Below, in pieces: positions 18,400-27,812 of a stretch of 57,756 nt of DNA. The position numbers were made by a program, and so were the translations under genes. The notes under the pieces were generated by a model that saw only the letters and a program-made list of their open reading frames with translations, searched no databases and was not told where the DNA came from. The stretch is from a virus (taxonomy: Duplodnaviria > Caudoviricetes). Where the stretch lies: positions 1 through 57,756 of the IMG/VR virus record IMGVR_UViG_3300037518_000144; one strand, given 5' to 3'. The first letter of the stretch is position 1. Every line of letters begins with the position of its first letter.

Positions 18400-19812
18400 T
18401 TAGGCAGTTCCGCCCCAACTCGTGTCCTTCCCACTAGCCGCGACGACCGGATCATCGATGACATGAGTGACATTTGCATCGGCTTTGCCTGCCACGGTGA
18501 ATGTCAGGCTATCGGTCTTGGTCTGGATAGCCGTAGTGTCAGAAGTCGTAATCACGAGATCCGACTTGACGATGACTAGGCTGGACTCCACATCCGAGAT
18601 CATGGCCTCAGCGACCACCTGATCCGAGCGCATGATGACGATGCTGCTTTCTATGTCTGAGACGCCTGGAACCAGAATTGTGGTGTCCGAATACACCTGC
18701 ACGAGATCAGAGGCGATAATGGTTGAGTCGCTGTAGACCTGCAGCAGGTCGCTGGCGACAATGATCAGGTCTGACTGAGCACGGGTGAGTTGAGAGGCTT
18801 GAGCGCCAACCAGGGCAGCAGCGGGCGGGGAGCTTGTCGATGCGCCGGCTGCCATGATAGCAACGCTATCGGTCGTCGCAATCGTAAATCCTGGCGCTGC
18901 CTCAAGGGTTACGGTACGAGTCGAGCCGACATAGTCACTGATAAATGCGACTGCCTTTTGAGTTGCGGTCGAGACATCCGTGAATACTGCGGCCATGCCG
19001 TTGTACACGTCGTCATCGGCAGATCCTGCGGTCAGCGTGAAGCTGGTTTGTGTTGCGAGTGTCGCAATGGTCGTGTCAACCAATACATCCGGGCTGGCAG
19101 CCGCAGAGATATCGCCAATATCCGATATCGCAACTACCAGATCTGACTTCACGATGACCAGTGAACTTTCAATGTCAGAAACAGCCGGCACAAGTATGGT
19201 TGTGTCGCTGTAGACCTGGACCAGGTCAGACCCAACGATAATAAGATCCGACTGCACGCGAGTGAGCTGCGAGGCTTGCGTTGCTGTGAGTGACCCACCC
19301 CCGGCTTCAATCACGGTGGTATCAGAATATATAATGGTCGTGTCTGAGTACACCTGCACCAAGTCAGATGCAATGATCGTGCTGTCGGAATACACCTGCA
19401 GCAAGTCACTGGCAACGATCACGAGCTGAGACTTCACGTCCGACACTGCCGATACTGAGCCGGCGCCCAGGGCACTTGCGGCATAGAACTGGTCATACAC
19501 CGCTTCTTCGATCACCTGAAATCTCGCGAAAATAGGCAGTATCAGCGAATCATCATTGATGACAATGTCAAGCGTGCCGACGGTATTCGTCGCAGTCGTG
19601 TCGAGCGTCAGGTCGTACCAACCATCCGCGCCAGTCACGGCCGCGAACGTCGCGCCAGAGATGTCCAGCGTCGCGGCGCCGGCCGCACGTAAGGCTTCAG
19701 CTTCATCAGCGCCAGAAACAGTCAGGTTCGTAACGGGAGCTATCCCATCTGCGATTGCAACCGCTGGCCCTATGCGGACCACGACGCTAGTGCTTTGTCG
19801 AAGAACTTGCAT
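18400..19812 (-). CDS. Fibre-like protein with Ser-Asp heptad repeats
   Basis: Two blocks of SDLLQVYSDSTIIASDLVQVYSDTTI. S/T/D-rich. Confidence 0.65.
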   Translation of the reverse strand: MQVLRQSTSVVVRIGPAVAIADGIAPVTNLTVSGADEAEALRAAGAATLDISGATFAAVTGADGWYDLTLDTTATNTVGTLDIVINDDSLILPIFARFQVIEEAVYDQFYAASALGAGSVSAVSDVKSQLVIVASDLLQVYSDSTIIASDLVQVYSDTTIIYSDTTVIEAGGGSLTATQASQLTRVQSDLIIVGSDLVQVYSDTTILVPAVSDIESSLVIVKSDLVVAISDIGDISAAASPDVLVDTTIATLATQTSFTLTAGSADDDVYNGMAAVFTDVSTATQKAVAFISDYVGSTRTVTLEAAPGFTIATTDSVAIMAAGASTSSPPAAALVGAQASQLTRAQSDLIIVASDLLQVYSDSTIIASDLVQVYSDTTILVPGVSDIESSIVIMRSDQVVAEAMISDVESSLVIVKSDLVITTSDTTAIQTKTDSLTFTVAGKADANVTHVIDDPVVAASGKDTSWGGTA

Positions 19813-20780
19813 TAGTGGATGCTCTTTAGAACCTGCTCAAACTGTCGTGCTGTCTCTTTCGAGTCGAATCGCTTCACCGCCTGCTGCCGAACTTCATCTC
19901 GTGATGAATCCAGCGCCTGCGCTATTGATGTCCTGAATCCATTCAACTTGCTTGTCACGCGAACCACCGGACAGCCGCAGGCCATCGCCTCGCGTACCGT
20001 ACGCGTATCGATCTCGTTTGCCGTGAGTACAAAATCAGCGGCACGATAGATGTGCTGCAATCCCTGCACCCATCCCTGCAGCTCGCCCATGTTTCCATCG
20101 TCCTGAATGCGCTTGATGATCGCGGCGAAGCCGGGGATCTTTGCGGGCTTGCAGTACAAGTGAAGCTTTGCGCCTCTCATCTCACGCGCCCACAAAGCGA
20201 AGGCGTGCAGCGGAATAAATGGATCAATGTCGTCCCGCCAAGGGTCCGAACAAACCACGTTGATCGCGCCCTTCTTGCCGCGGAAATCGTACTTCGCCTC
20301 TCCAGGTGTCCATGCGTTGAGATCAACCGATGCCTGCACCACGTGCACCGGTTTGCTCGGGAACATGACCTTGAGATACGGCTCATGCTCCGGCCAGAAC
20401 GTGACGACGGCCTTGAAACGCGGGTCTTTGTCCTTCGCGTAGTGGTAACTAAAAATAGGCGTACCACCGCCGGCCTCTGTCAGGAAGCTGCTGCGTGGCC
20501 GTCCGTGTGCAACGTGCACAATCGGCTGCGTCGTCTTTTCCAACTCCTCACCGAGCCCCGAGTGATTCACGATCACATCGGATTGCTTCGCCCATTCAAT
20601 ATCCGCAAAAGGCGCGCCTCGGTCCTCCGTCCCTGTCGGATAGAGTTTGTTGGTATCCCGAGTTGGATCTACTAACCGTGAGTCAATGCCACGCGCTCGT
20701 AATCCTGCAACAAGATCGCGCGTTGTTTCGTAGAGTCCACAGCGCCCAGGAGAAATAACGCAGCTGTGTGCCGCTTTCAC
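19812..20780 (-). CDS. Glycosyltransferase (GT-B / family 4-like)
   Basis: IYRAADFVL..EAMACGCPVV motif. Confidence 0.8.
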   Translation of the reverse strand: MKAAHSCVISPGRCGLYETTRDLVAGLRARGIDSRLVDPTRDTNKLYPTGTEDRGAPFADIEWAKQSDVIVNHSGLGEELEKTTQPIVHVAHGRPRSSFLTEAGGGTPIFSYHYAKDKDPRFKAVVTFWPEHEPYLKVMFPSKPVHVVQASVDLNAWTPGEAKYDFRGKKGAINVVCSDPWRDDIDPFIPLHAFALWAREMRGAKLHLYCKPAKIPGFAAIIKRIQDDGNMGELQGWVQGLQHIYRAADFVLTANEIDTRTVREAMACGCPVVRVTSKLNGFRTSIAQALDSSRDEVRQQAVKRFDSKETARQFEQVLKSIH

Positions 20781-21406
20781 CCGGCCATCATCCTGCGATG
20801 ATGCATCACGATTGGAATCGTAGGTCCGCCGCCGCCAGCGAGATCCTCTACGAGGAAATCGTCGTAGAGATTTGATGCCGAGAAATCCCAGTCTTTGGCG
20901 CCCGCCTGCCCCGCGGAAGTGATGCGATCACCGTCAGTATCGCTGTACGTGCTGCCGACCTGCACGTCGTTGCGATACGCGCGCAGCGTGACAGTAGCGC
21001 CCGTTCCGCTGACTTCAAGCGTGATCTTGTCACCGATCGTGTGCGTGTACGATCCTACGATGAGCAGATCGGTATCTGCGTCACTGACAAGACGCATTAT
21101 TGTCAATGTGCTATTTGGCTCTTGAACCCGCACGGTATAGTACGTGTTGACGCCAGACTGTTTTCTAGCGACTGGCCCACCGTTGAACCCAGCGCCAGTC
21201 CTTGCGACGATCGAGGCTTTGCAATCCGCAACCGCGGCATGTGCACTCGTTGTCGTCTCAAGCGGCGCTAAGTTGAACGACGTCTCGGCATGCTGCAGTT
21301 CGTTACTCGATACATTCCATGTAGATGCATTCCTGTCCCAGTTGCTGTTGCCAGTGTCAACCGGATTATCAGCGCGATTGAAATCATCTGAGAACAGGAC
21401 GGTCAT
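20777..21406 (-). CDS. Beta-sandwich/lectin-like virion protein
   Basis: FSDDFNRAD..YDDF concanavalin-like pattern. Confidence 0.55.
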   Translation of the reverse strand: MTVLFSDDFNRADNPVDTGNSNWDRNASTWNVSSNELQHAETSFNLAPLETTTSAHAAVADCKASIVARTGAGFNGGPVARKQSGVNTYYTVRVQEPNSTLTIMRLVSDADTDLLIVGSYTHTIGDKITLEVSGTGATVTLRAYRNDVQVGSTYSDTDGDRITSAGQAGAKDWDFSASNLYDDFLVEDLAGGGGPTIPIVMHHRRMMAG

Positions 21407-22524
21407 GTCGTCGGGATCTCTATCTGCCTGATTGCCGCAGTGCTATCGGTTTTGATCGCGATGAAAATCGATGTGTTCGCGCCAACATCGATCGTCGTAT
21501 TGACGTAGCGCATGTTCCCGCCATCACCGCTCGCAACAATTGTTCCGCTCGGCGCATCAGTCGCGTTGGCCCAGCCGAGCACGTGAATGTCGCTGAAGGC
21601 ATAGCGAACGCGGTAGGTCTCGCCAGATTGCCCCGCGCTTTTGCTGTATGACCAACCGACTTCGACGCTCGTATCCGCAGGCACATACACGCCGTGCAGC
21701 GCGCGAATCTGTTCAGTGTTCTCTGTGTTCGTTTCTTGGTAGAACCTGAACCCGTCGAGACGGTGCTCTCCCAGGTTTCCGCTGTCGTAGATAAAATCTA
21801 CGTAGAAATTCGTCATCAGGTCGAAGTAGTTGTACGCGCTGTTGTACAGCGCTAACGCAGCCGTCGGATTGTCCGGCTGGTCGAATACGTTCGGCGTCTC
21901 TCCTCGCCTATGATCCGGATGCATATCGACGATGCACCGCTCCCATCGCCCGGTCGTTTCAACTGCAAAAAAGTGATACCAGTGATCAAGCGTGTCGGAG
22001 ACGTACGAGCCGTTTAACTCATCTTCAACACGATGCAAGAACGTGCCGAATTCAACTTGATGATTGCCGACGCCGCGCTCATCGTACGAATAACCCGCAG
22101 GTAGCTTCATCCAAAATTCGAGCCGGTTGACCGTGTTGAGTCCGGGCCAGTCGCCGGGCGTGTCGCCAGCGACGTACGTCATCGTCGGATTGTTCACGAG
22201 ACGCTTCAGGAACGTCTTGCCGTTCGGCCACCCGGCCAACGACTCAATCGACGGATTCATGCGGATTTGAATCGTCCCATCGCCAGCCGTGGCGTTGATC
22301 AGCAAGCTCTGCGCGCCGTCGTGTGCCTCAGCTGTCGAGATCGAGGTGGTTGCTGCGGCTGGCGAGACCACATCGACCTGCCAGATGTAGCGTGATGGAT
22401 ACACATCACTGTCATTCCCAGACGGGTACATGATGCGCTTGCCGGCCTCGAAATCATCGAGGATGAGCTGCACTTCCTCCTCGCCGCCTGCCGGTACAGA
22501 ACTCCGCAGTGTAAATATCGACAC
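21403..22524 (-). CDS. Putative carbohydrate-binding virion protein
   Basis: LDDFE N-terminus, beta-rich. Coupled within the operon. Confidence 0.5.
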   Translation of the reverse strand: MSIFTLRSSVPAGGEEEVQLILDDFEAGKRIMYPSGNDSDVYPSRYIWQVDVVSPAAATTSISTAEAHDGAQSLLINATAGDGTIQIRMNPSIESLAGWPNGKTFLKRLVNNPTMTYVAGDTPGDWPGLNTVNRLEFWMKLPAGYSYDERGVGNHQVEFGTFLHRVEDELNGSYVSDTLDHWYHFFAVETTGRWERCIVDMHPDHRRGETPNVFDQPDNPTAALALYNSAYNYFDLMTNFYVDFIYDSGNLGEHRLDGFRFYQETNTENTEQIRALHGVYVPADTSVEVGWSYSKSAGQSGETYRVRYAFSDIHVLGWANATDAPSGTIVASGDGGNMRYVNTTIDVGANTSIFIAIKTDSTAAIRQIEIPTT

Positions 22525-22611
22525 ATCAGACCCTTATGTCATCCCGCCAGTTGACTTGCGCGCCGCATCTCTGGCATAGATCAGCGCACAACAATTACGG
22601 GAGTACTGACA

Positions 22612-22776
22612 ATGGAAGATTTAATGGGCCGGCGGATTCCGTGGACTGCGATCTTGTCGCACCGAGTGCGCGAAGCCATCGGTGCGACGCTAACGATCAC
22701 GCTGCTAATCCCAGCCATTTTGCTGTGGACGTGGTACGCGCAGTTTTCTCAATGGCTGATATCTCGCCGCGGTTGA
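22612..22776 (+). CDS. Small membrane protein (antisense moron), 54 aa
   Basis: GGGAG RBS, one transmembrane segment (IGATLTITLLIPAILLWTW), and TTGACT upstream. Confidence 0.55.
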   Translation: MEDLMGRRIPWTAILSHRVREAIGATLTITLLIPAILLWTWYAQFSQWLISRRG

Positions 22777-22781
22777 CACAC

Positions 22782-23606
22782 TCACCCACACTGCGCCACG
22801 AGCGCGCCGCGTGCATAGTGCGTGAACGTCACGGCCTCCCTTGGAACACGGTAGTAGCCGGCCTCACGGATGTCTGTGCCTCGACTGCAGGCAGTGCCTA
22901 GCGCAACCTCACCAACTACATGATCCAGCCTGTAATCGCCGCGTATGCGGGCAATGAGGCGGGATAGCCAATTGCTGCCGTCAGGCTCGATGCTCCATGC
23001 AGTTGTTTCCGTGACGGCCAAGCCCGTCGGTGGCGCGGGTTGAGTATCCACAGTGACTGCGACTTGAGCCGAGCCGGTGGGCGTCGTCGGCCCTGGGCAA
23101 GCTTTCGTCACCGTGTTCGACAATGCGGATTGCACGCCAGTTGCCGAACGAGCTTTCACGCCAAAGCACGTCGGGCCAGAAATGTCATCAATCAACGTTC
23201 CCGTTGCCGGCGCAGGAACTGCCTTAGCTAGTGACAATTCTGAGCATTTTTCTCCATAGCTCACGTCGTAGGCCGCGAGATTCGTCAGCGGGCTGCCGTC
23301 CGTGTTTTGCGTCGGCGGTACCCATCTCAGCGTGGCAGAGCATGGCGGCGTGACTACAGTGCCAACACAGTCCAGGCGATAACTCGCATTCGCTCGCAGT
23401 CCAGTGATGGCCTGCGTGCCGCTAGCTGCCTTCGCTCCAGTCCAGCTACCAGAGGCCGTGCACCCCGTCGCACCCGGTGCAGTCCACGTCAGCGCGTGGC
23501 TGTGCGGGCTAATGCCACTCGGAGCGGAACTTGTCAGCGTCACCGCAATCTGGGCGTGAGCCGAAAATGATAAGAGGGCGAGAAAACCAGCCGCGAGCAA
23601 TTTCAT
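22782..23606 (-). CDS. Secreted fibronectin type III-like protein
   Basis: Sec signal ending AHA, and ATLRWVPPTQNTDGSPLTNLAAY..S..SN FN3-like motif. Confidence 0.75.
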   Translation of the reverse strand: MKLLAAGFLALLSFSAHAQIAVTLTSSAPSGISPHSHALTWTAPGATGCTASGSWTGAKAASGTQAITGLRANASYRLDCVGTVVTPPCSATLRWVPPTQNTDGSPLTNLAAYDVSYGEKCSELSLAKAVPAPATGTLIDDISGPTCFGVKARSATGVQSALSNTVTKACPGPTTPTGSAQVAVTVDTQPAPPTGLAVTETTAWSIEPDGSNWLSRLIARIRGDYRLDHVVGEVALGTACSRGTDIREAGYYRVPREAVTFTHYARGALVAQCG

Positions 23607-23812
23607 GGGTAGTCCTGCGCCGCCGTGGCGCTAATAATTTGATGCGCCCGCAGTCAAGCGGAACGCAGCGAGATAGAGGCGATTCGATGAGGTCGCGGAT
23701 GTCGCGATAAGACATAAAAATCTGTACAAACGATCATACTGCGGAGCTATTGACTGCGGACCAATTGAGGCGCACAGTCTCACCCAGCACAACATTCCAC
23801 GGAGACAACAAA

Positions 23813-24007
23813 ATGTGGCAGTCAATACCCAGCGACCAACCGCCCAGCAACACGCGCCAGGTCATGGTTTACGCGCGCAATCGACGGCACAAATTTCTCG
23901 CTCACTACGATCGGCCGCGTGCCGGCTGGGTCTACGATCACGAGAGCGAGATCACGCAAGATCAAATCTCGCACTGGTGGGAAGTACCAGACGATGGCGA
24001 GGTATGA
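23813..24007 (+). CDS. Small phage protein (DUF551-like)
   Basis: MWQSI..PP..ISHWWEVP, with a GGAG RBS. Confidence 0.55.
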   Translation: MWQSIPSDQPPSNTRQVMVYARNRRHKFLAHYDRPRAGWVYDHESEITQDQISHWWEVPDDGEV

Positions 24008-24237
24008 AATCCCAGCGCGCTGACGGTCTCGGACATTGGCCACGCGGCAAGGCGCGATCAACACTCACAGCAGCCGAGCGCGCTGCAGTCATTCGCAAGC
24101 TACGCAAGGCCGTAGAACTGCAATCAATACGATCCGTAGCACGGACGCTGGGCCTATCTGATCGCGCTGTGCGCAACGTCCTGAGCGGCCAGGATCAGCC
24201 GACTGAGCGGATCAAGGCGCTCGCGGCAAGGCTATAA
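24004..24237 (+). CDS. HTH DNA-binding protein
   Basis: SIRSVARTLGLSDRAVRNVLSG, ATGA-coupled. Confidence 0.7.
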   Translation: MKSQRADGLGHWPRGKARSTLTAAERAAVIRKLRKAVELQSIRSVARTLGLSDRAVRNVLSGQDQPTERIKALAARL

Positions 24238-24304
24238 GAAGGTGGGCCAGCGACTCACCGGACTTGGCGGGGAGACCGAGGTGTGTTCCGGGGGCATGGC
24301 CCAT

Positions 24305-24377
24305 AAAAAACGCCCGCTATTTCGTGCGGGCGTAGTCGGTTCGCGCGAATAGAGCACACCTTTTGCGTTGCGTTCAA
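24305..24377 (-). promoter_or_regulatory. Late promoter and terminator (pR'/tR'-like) downstream of Q
   Basis: TTGAAC at 24377-72, then a CGCCCGC/GCGGGCG hairpin followed by T6. Confidence 0.65.
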
Positions 24378-24384
24378 ACAATTT

Positions 24385-24795
24385 CTATAAATAATTCATG
24401 TAGGCAGCCAATCTCCACCGGGCGCGGCGTAGGACGTTCTGGAATTGACGTGGGCGCATACGCATCATCCCTGCGAGCACCTCAATGCTTTGCCATCGGA
24501 TGTAATACAGCTGCACGGCGCGCTTATCGATCACTCCCAGCTTGCATACGGCGGCGTCCACCGCGGCAATTTCATCCGGCATGGCAATGGGTGGCCGTCC
24601 GCTCTGCGCCGCTCCCGTCGCTTGCTGGTCGATCATGCGGGCCAAAATCGTTGAAGCCGGCCATGCTCGCAACTCGGCATCTTTTGCCCAAGCACCCCAT
24701 GCTTCAAGTTTTGAGTGAACGATCTTCGTCTCTGGGTCCATGTGGTTGACGCGCCGCATGTCTCGACTGGGAATTTCTGCTGCTACTGCCGACAT
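24385..24795 (-). CDS. Late antiterminator Q-like protein
   Basis: LEAWGAWA..VDAAVCKL..C-terminal HTH. Last gene before the late promoter. Confidence 0.75.
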   Translation of the reverse strand: MSAVAAEIPSRDMRRVNHMDPETKIVHSKLEAWGAWAKDAELRAWPASTILARMIDQQATGAAQSGRPPIAMPDEIAAVDAAVCKLGVIDKRAVQLYYIRWQSIEVLAGMMRMRPRQFQNVLRRARWRLAAYMNYL

Positions 24796-24881
24796 TTTTC
24801 ATTCTCCCGCTGTAAGAACCAAAATAACAATTGCCAGCCCGACTAGCCCGTAGATAGCCCAGCGCTGCGCGCGGTTGCGGG

Positions 24882-25175
24882 TCACCACAGCTTTTCCCCT
24901 AGTGCCAACAATGCAGCCGCTGGCGTACAAACCACCGGCGTTCCCGTGAGTGCAATGAACTCGTTCTGTTCATCCTGCCGCTTGTCGATTCGCGCCTTGG
25001 GTTTTTTCTTGCCGTAGGCCGTTTTTATTTCGAGTAAGCGGAACACGCCAGCCTTCCAGCACAGCAAATCGACAGGGCGTCCCACCACCCACACCGACCA
25101 CCCCGCAGTCCGTAGCGCCTCCACAATCAGGCTCTGCGTGGTATCGGATCGGCGGGCGTATCGATTCAGGCTCAT
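24882..25175 (-). CDS. PD-(D/E)xK / VRR-NUC-like nuclease
   Basis: ARRSD..PVDLL..LLEIK. Confidence 0.75.
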   Translation of the reverse strand: MSLNRYARRSDTTQSLIVEALRTAGWSVWVVGRPVDLLCWKAGVFRLLEIKTAYGKKKPKARIDKRQDEQNEFIALTGTPVVCTPAAALLALGEKLW

Positions 25176-25381
25176 GCCGATGTTCCACGGTGAACATTCC
25201 AGTGCGCCAAACACTCCTCGAAAACCTTCTCCTTCACGTCACCCTTCGATACTCGCTTCCCAGTCGGCGTGAAGCCTGCATAGAACTCCGTATATTCGTG
25301 ATCCTTGGGCAGCCAGACGACGTAATAGCCGCTTTCCTTGTGGGTGTAGGCGTTGGGGCTGGAGGCGTTCCAGAGGTTCAT
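25172..25381 (-). CDS. Hypothetical protein
   Basis: Starts MNLWNA and is ATGA-coupled to the nuclease gene. Confidence 0.5.
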   Translation of the reverse strand: MNLWNASSPNAYTHKESGYYVVWLPKDHEYTEFYAGFTPTGKRVSKGDVKEKVFEECLAHWNVHRGTSA

Positions 25382-25394
25382 GCCGTCACCTGCT

Positions 25395-26051
25395 CTACTG
25401 AGCACCAGCCTGTTTCTGCTTCTCGCGATCCGCTTCACTGAAGGACGCGCTACCGACCGTGCGAGAACTAGCCGCGTAATTACTGGCCGACCTGAATGCA
25501 TGCTTCGTCCCTACAGCGTTGGATGCGTAAGTCATCGTTGATCCGCGGGCAATACCAAGGCCGGCGCCCGTGCTGATTGCATCTTGATTCGCGCCCAGGA
25601 AAACGAAATCCCATTGATAGGCGCTCTTCTGGTGTGTGATCATCTCGAACACCTTCTCGCGCGTGTACTCCTTGCTGGAGTTTTCGCCGCCATCGGTCAA
25701 GATGACGAAGATGACCTTGCCGGGACGATCCGCTTCCGGGATGACGGACAGACGCTTGCCGGTTTCGTTGATGGTTCGGCCGATAGCGTCGAGCAGCGCT
25801 GTCATGCCACGAGGCACGAAGGTTTCAGTGGTCAGTGCCGGGGCATCCTTCACCGGTTTGGCGGTGTAGACGACTTCGTACTGATCGTCGAACTGCACAA
25901 GCGATGCATTGCATTCACCGGGAACCTTGCGCTGTTCTTCGATAAACGAATTGAAGCCGCCGATCGTGTCGGCACGTACAGAACTCATCGAACCTGATCG
26001 GTCGAGTACGACTGTGATATCTGCAAAATCTTTCTTCACTTGAATCTCCAA
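25395..26051 (-). CDS. von Willebrand factor A domain protein
   Basis: MIDAS motif DRSGS, TALLDAIG, ILTDG. Confidence 0.9.
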   Translation of the reverse strand: MEIQVKKDFADITVVLDRSGSMSSVRADTIGGFNSFIEEQRKVPGECNASLVQFDDQYEVVYTAKPVKDAPALTTETFVPRGMTALLDAIGRTINETGKRLSVIPEADRPGKVIFVILTDGGENSSKEYTREKVFEMITHQKSAYQWDFVFLGANQDAISTGAGLGIARGSTMTYASNAVGTKHAFRSASNYAASSRTVGSASFSEADREKQKQAGAQ

Positions 26052-26079
26052 TTGGTTATTTCCACTCGAACAACTTTGT

Positions 26080-26322
26080 TCATGCCGTCACCGGCCTAGC
26101 CGCCTTCGCTATCGCACGACGGCCGCGTTTGTCGCGAACATGATCGGCGGCGCAGCTCATGGCCAATCCCATCGTTCCAGCCTTCGATGCTAGCTTGTAA
26201 ACATCGCTGGCAAGCAATGGGAACCCGTCGTCCCTCATCGTGACAGATAGCTCTGTGAGTCTGCGGTTCGCCGCTCGCAGGCTGTTCGCATACTTGCGCA
26301 TCTTGTACGTTTGACTCGTCAT
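26080..26322 (-). CDS. Hypothetical protein
   Basis: Tiled ORF ending RAIAKAARPVTA. Confidence 0.55.
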   Translation of the reverse strand: MTSQTYKMRKYANSLRAANRRLTELSVTMRDDGFPLLASDVYKLASKAGTMGLAMSCAADHVRDKRGRRAIAKAARPVTA

Positions 26323-26477
26323 GCCGTCACCGGCTTCGCAGCCTTGGCGATAGCTCTATGCAGCGCTTGGCAGGACTTGCACCAGTGCTGCTTGCCATCA
26401 CGCGTCATCCAATTTGCGGCGAATTCACTGCGCGGGACCATGTGGTGGCGGTAAGGGCAGAATTTGAGGGGAGTCAT
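26319..26477 (-). CDS. Small Cys/His zinc-finger-like protein, 52 aa
   Basis: KFCPYRHH..WCKSC, ends RAIAKAAKPVTA, ATGA-coupled on both sides. Confidence 0.55.
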   Translation of the reverse strand: MTPLKFCPYRHHMVPRSEFAANWMTRDGKQHWCKSCQALHRAIAKAAKPVTA

Positions 26478-26980
26478 GCTGCCTCGCGCTCAAAAGTGGA
26501 CATGGCCACGTCCAGCCATTCCGCTACGTTCCCGTCGATATCGCCGCTTGCGCGAAACTGATCAACGATGCGGTTTTTGGCTGCGATGAGCTTTGGTAGC
26601 TTGGCCGGTTCAATCCCGCCGTTTTTCAGCAAGTACCCGAACAGCCAGCGTTGGCCGAGCAGGTGGTAGTCGTCGAAGCGCACCACGTCCTGCGGTTGCT
26701 GCACTGGCTGCGCGCGTGCCTTCAGCTGCCGACTGAGTTCCCAAACTCGGTTCACCGTCGGCAGTTTTTTGCCCTCCTCGCTCTGGTCCTGCAGCGCCAT
26801 GTCCACGCACCGGATGAACACAGACAGCGGCATTTTCTGCAACCCGCGCCAGTAAGCTTCCTTCCGCGGCGCCGTCATGAACGTCGGATAGCCGCCGAAT
26901 AAAACTTCCAGCTGCTTGTCAAAATCTTCCCGCTCAGTGCTGAGCATCCCAATCCCCTCGTGCACGTTCTTCGGCTTCAA
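26474..26980 (-). CDS. Replication accessory protein (helicase loader-like position)
   Basis: Follows the initiator. Start probably at MLSTERE. Confidence 0.5.
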   Translation of the reverse strand: MKPKNVHEGIGMLSTEREDFDKQLEVLFGGYPTFMTAPRKEAYWRGLQKMPLSVFIRCVDMALQDQSEEGKKLPTVNRVWELSRQLKARAQPVQQPQDVVRFDDYHLLGQRWLFGYLLKNGGIEPAKLPKLIAAKNRIVDQFRASGDIDGNVAEWLDVAMSTFEREAA

Positions 26981-27812
26981 TCTCGTCGGCTGTGCGGTAC
27001 TTCACTGGCGGGGCACGCTGGTGTTGGCCGTTGGCTTTTGGCGCGAATAGCCCCTGGTAGCCGTTCGCCATGGAATGCTTCACGACAGCGGCTTGCAGTT
27101 CACCGAAGGCTGCTAGCTCTTCCGCTGCGGCTCGCATGGACGCGGGTTTAATCGCTGGCTTGCGCTCTGCGCGATACGTCAGCCACTGCCGCCAGCTTTC
27201 GGCATGCAGGTTCGGCACGGTCGACGGATCGAAGTCCGGCGGTTTTTGTTTTCGTGGTTGGACAACAGGCGGCGCAGCCGCTTTCTGCTCTTGTTCTTCT
27301 TCTTTTTCTTGTTTAGGTCTAGATCTAAGTCTAGGTCTTACAGGCGTAACGGCGTCACTGTTACGCGTAACAGTATCGTTTCCTGTATTCTGCTGCCGCT
27401 CTCGGTAACGCTTCATGCGTAATGCAGAGAGACTTTTCTTCCGCTCGTAGGAGCCGTTATGTGCTTGATACCCAGGAAGCTTTACGCAGCTGTCACGGTC
27501 GATGATCTCAAGCCACTTAGGGGGCATGATGTCGCAGAAATCATCGATCCCGACGAGCTTGTCTACGTCTATGACCCCCATAGCAAGGAGGTCTTCTTGG
27601 TCGAGATGCGTGTCTGCGTAGACCCAAAGATGCACCAGCGCGCCTATAATCATTAGGCGTGCAACGTCTAGGTCACGCTGCGTCACTTCGACATGCGTAA
27701 CGTCAGCGTCACTGTTACGCGTAACTAATCCGCGCTCACATATGATGCGTGCCATCCTACGAACCTCGGGGCCCTGCAGACGGTCCTTTTCTAATTTGAT
27801 CCAGCCGCTCAT
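26934..27812 (-). CDS. Replication initiator protein
   Basis: MSGWIKL N-terminus, RMKRYRER, W..W..YR and SMANGYQGLF C-terminal domain, internal iterons. Confidence 0.8.
   Translation of the reverse strand: MSGWIKLEKDRLQGPEVRRMARIICERGLVTRNSDADVTHVEVTQRDLDVARLMIIGALVHLWVYADTHLDQEDLLAMGVIDVDKLVGIDDFCDIMPPKWLEIIDRDSCVKLPGYQAHNGSYERKKSLSALRMKRYRERQQNTGNDTVTRNSDAVTPVRPRLRSRPKQEKEEEQEQKAAAPPVVQPRKQKPPDFDPSTVPNLHAESWRQWLTYRAERKPAIKPASMRAAAEELAAFGELQAAVVKHSMANGYQGLFAPKANGQHQRAPPVKYRTADEIEAEERARGDWDAQH
27352..27725. repeat. Putative origin iterons
   Basis: GCGTCACTGTTACGCGTAAC at 27352-71 and 27706-25, containing the palindrome GTTACGCGTAAC. Confidence 0.6.
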
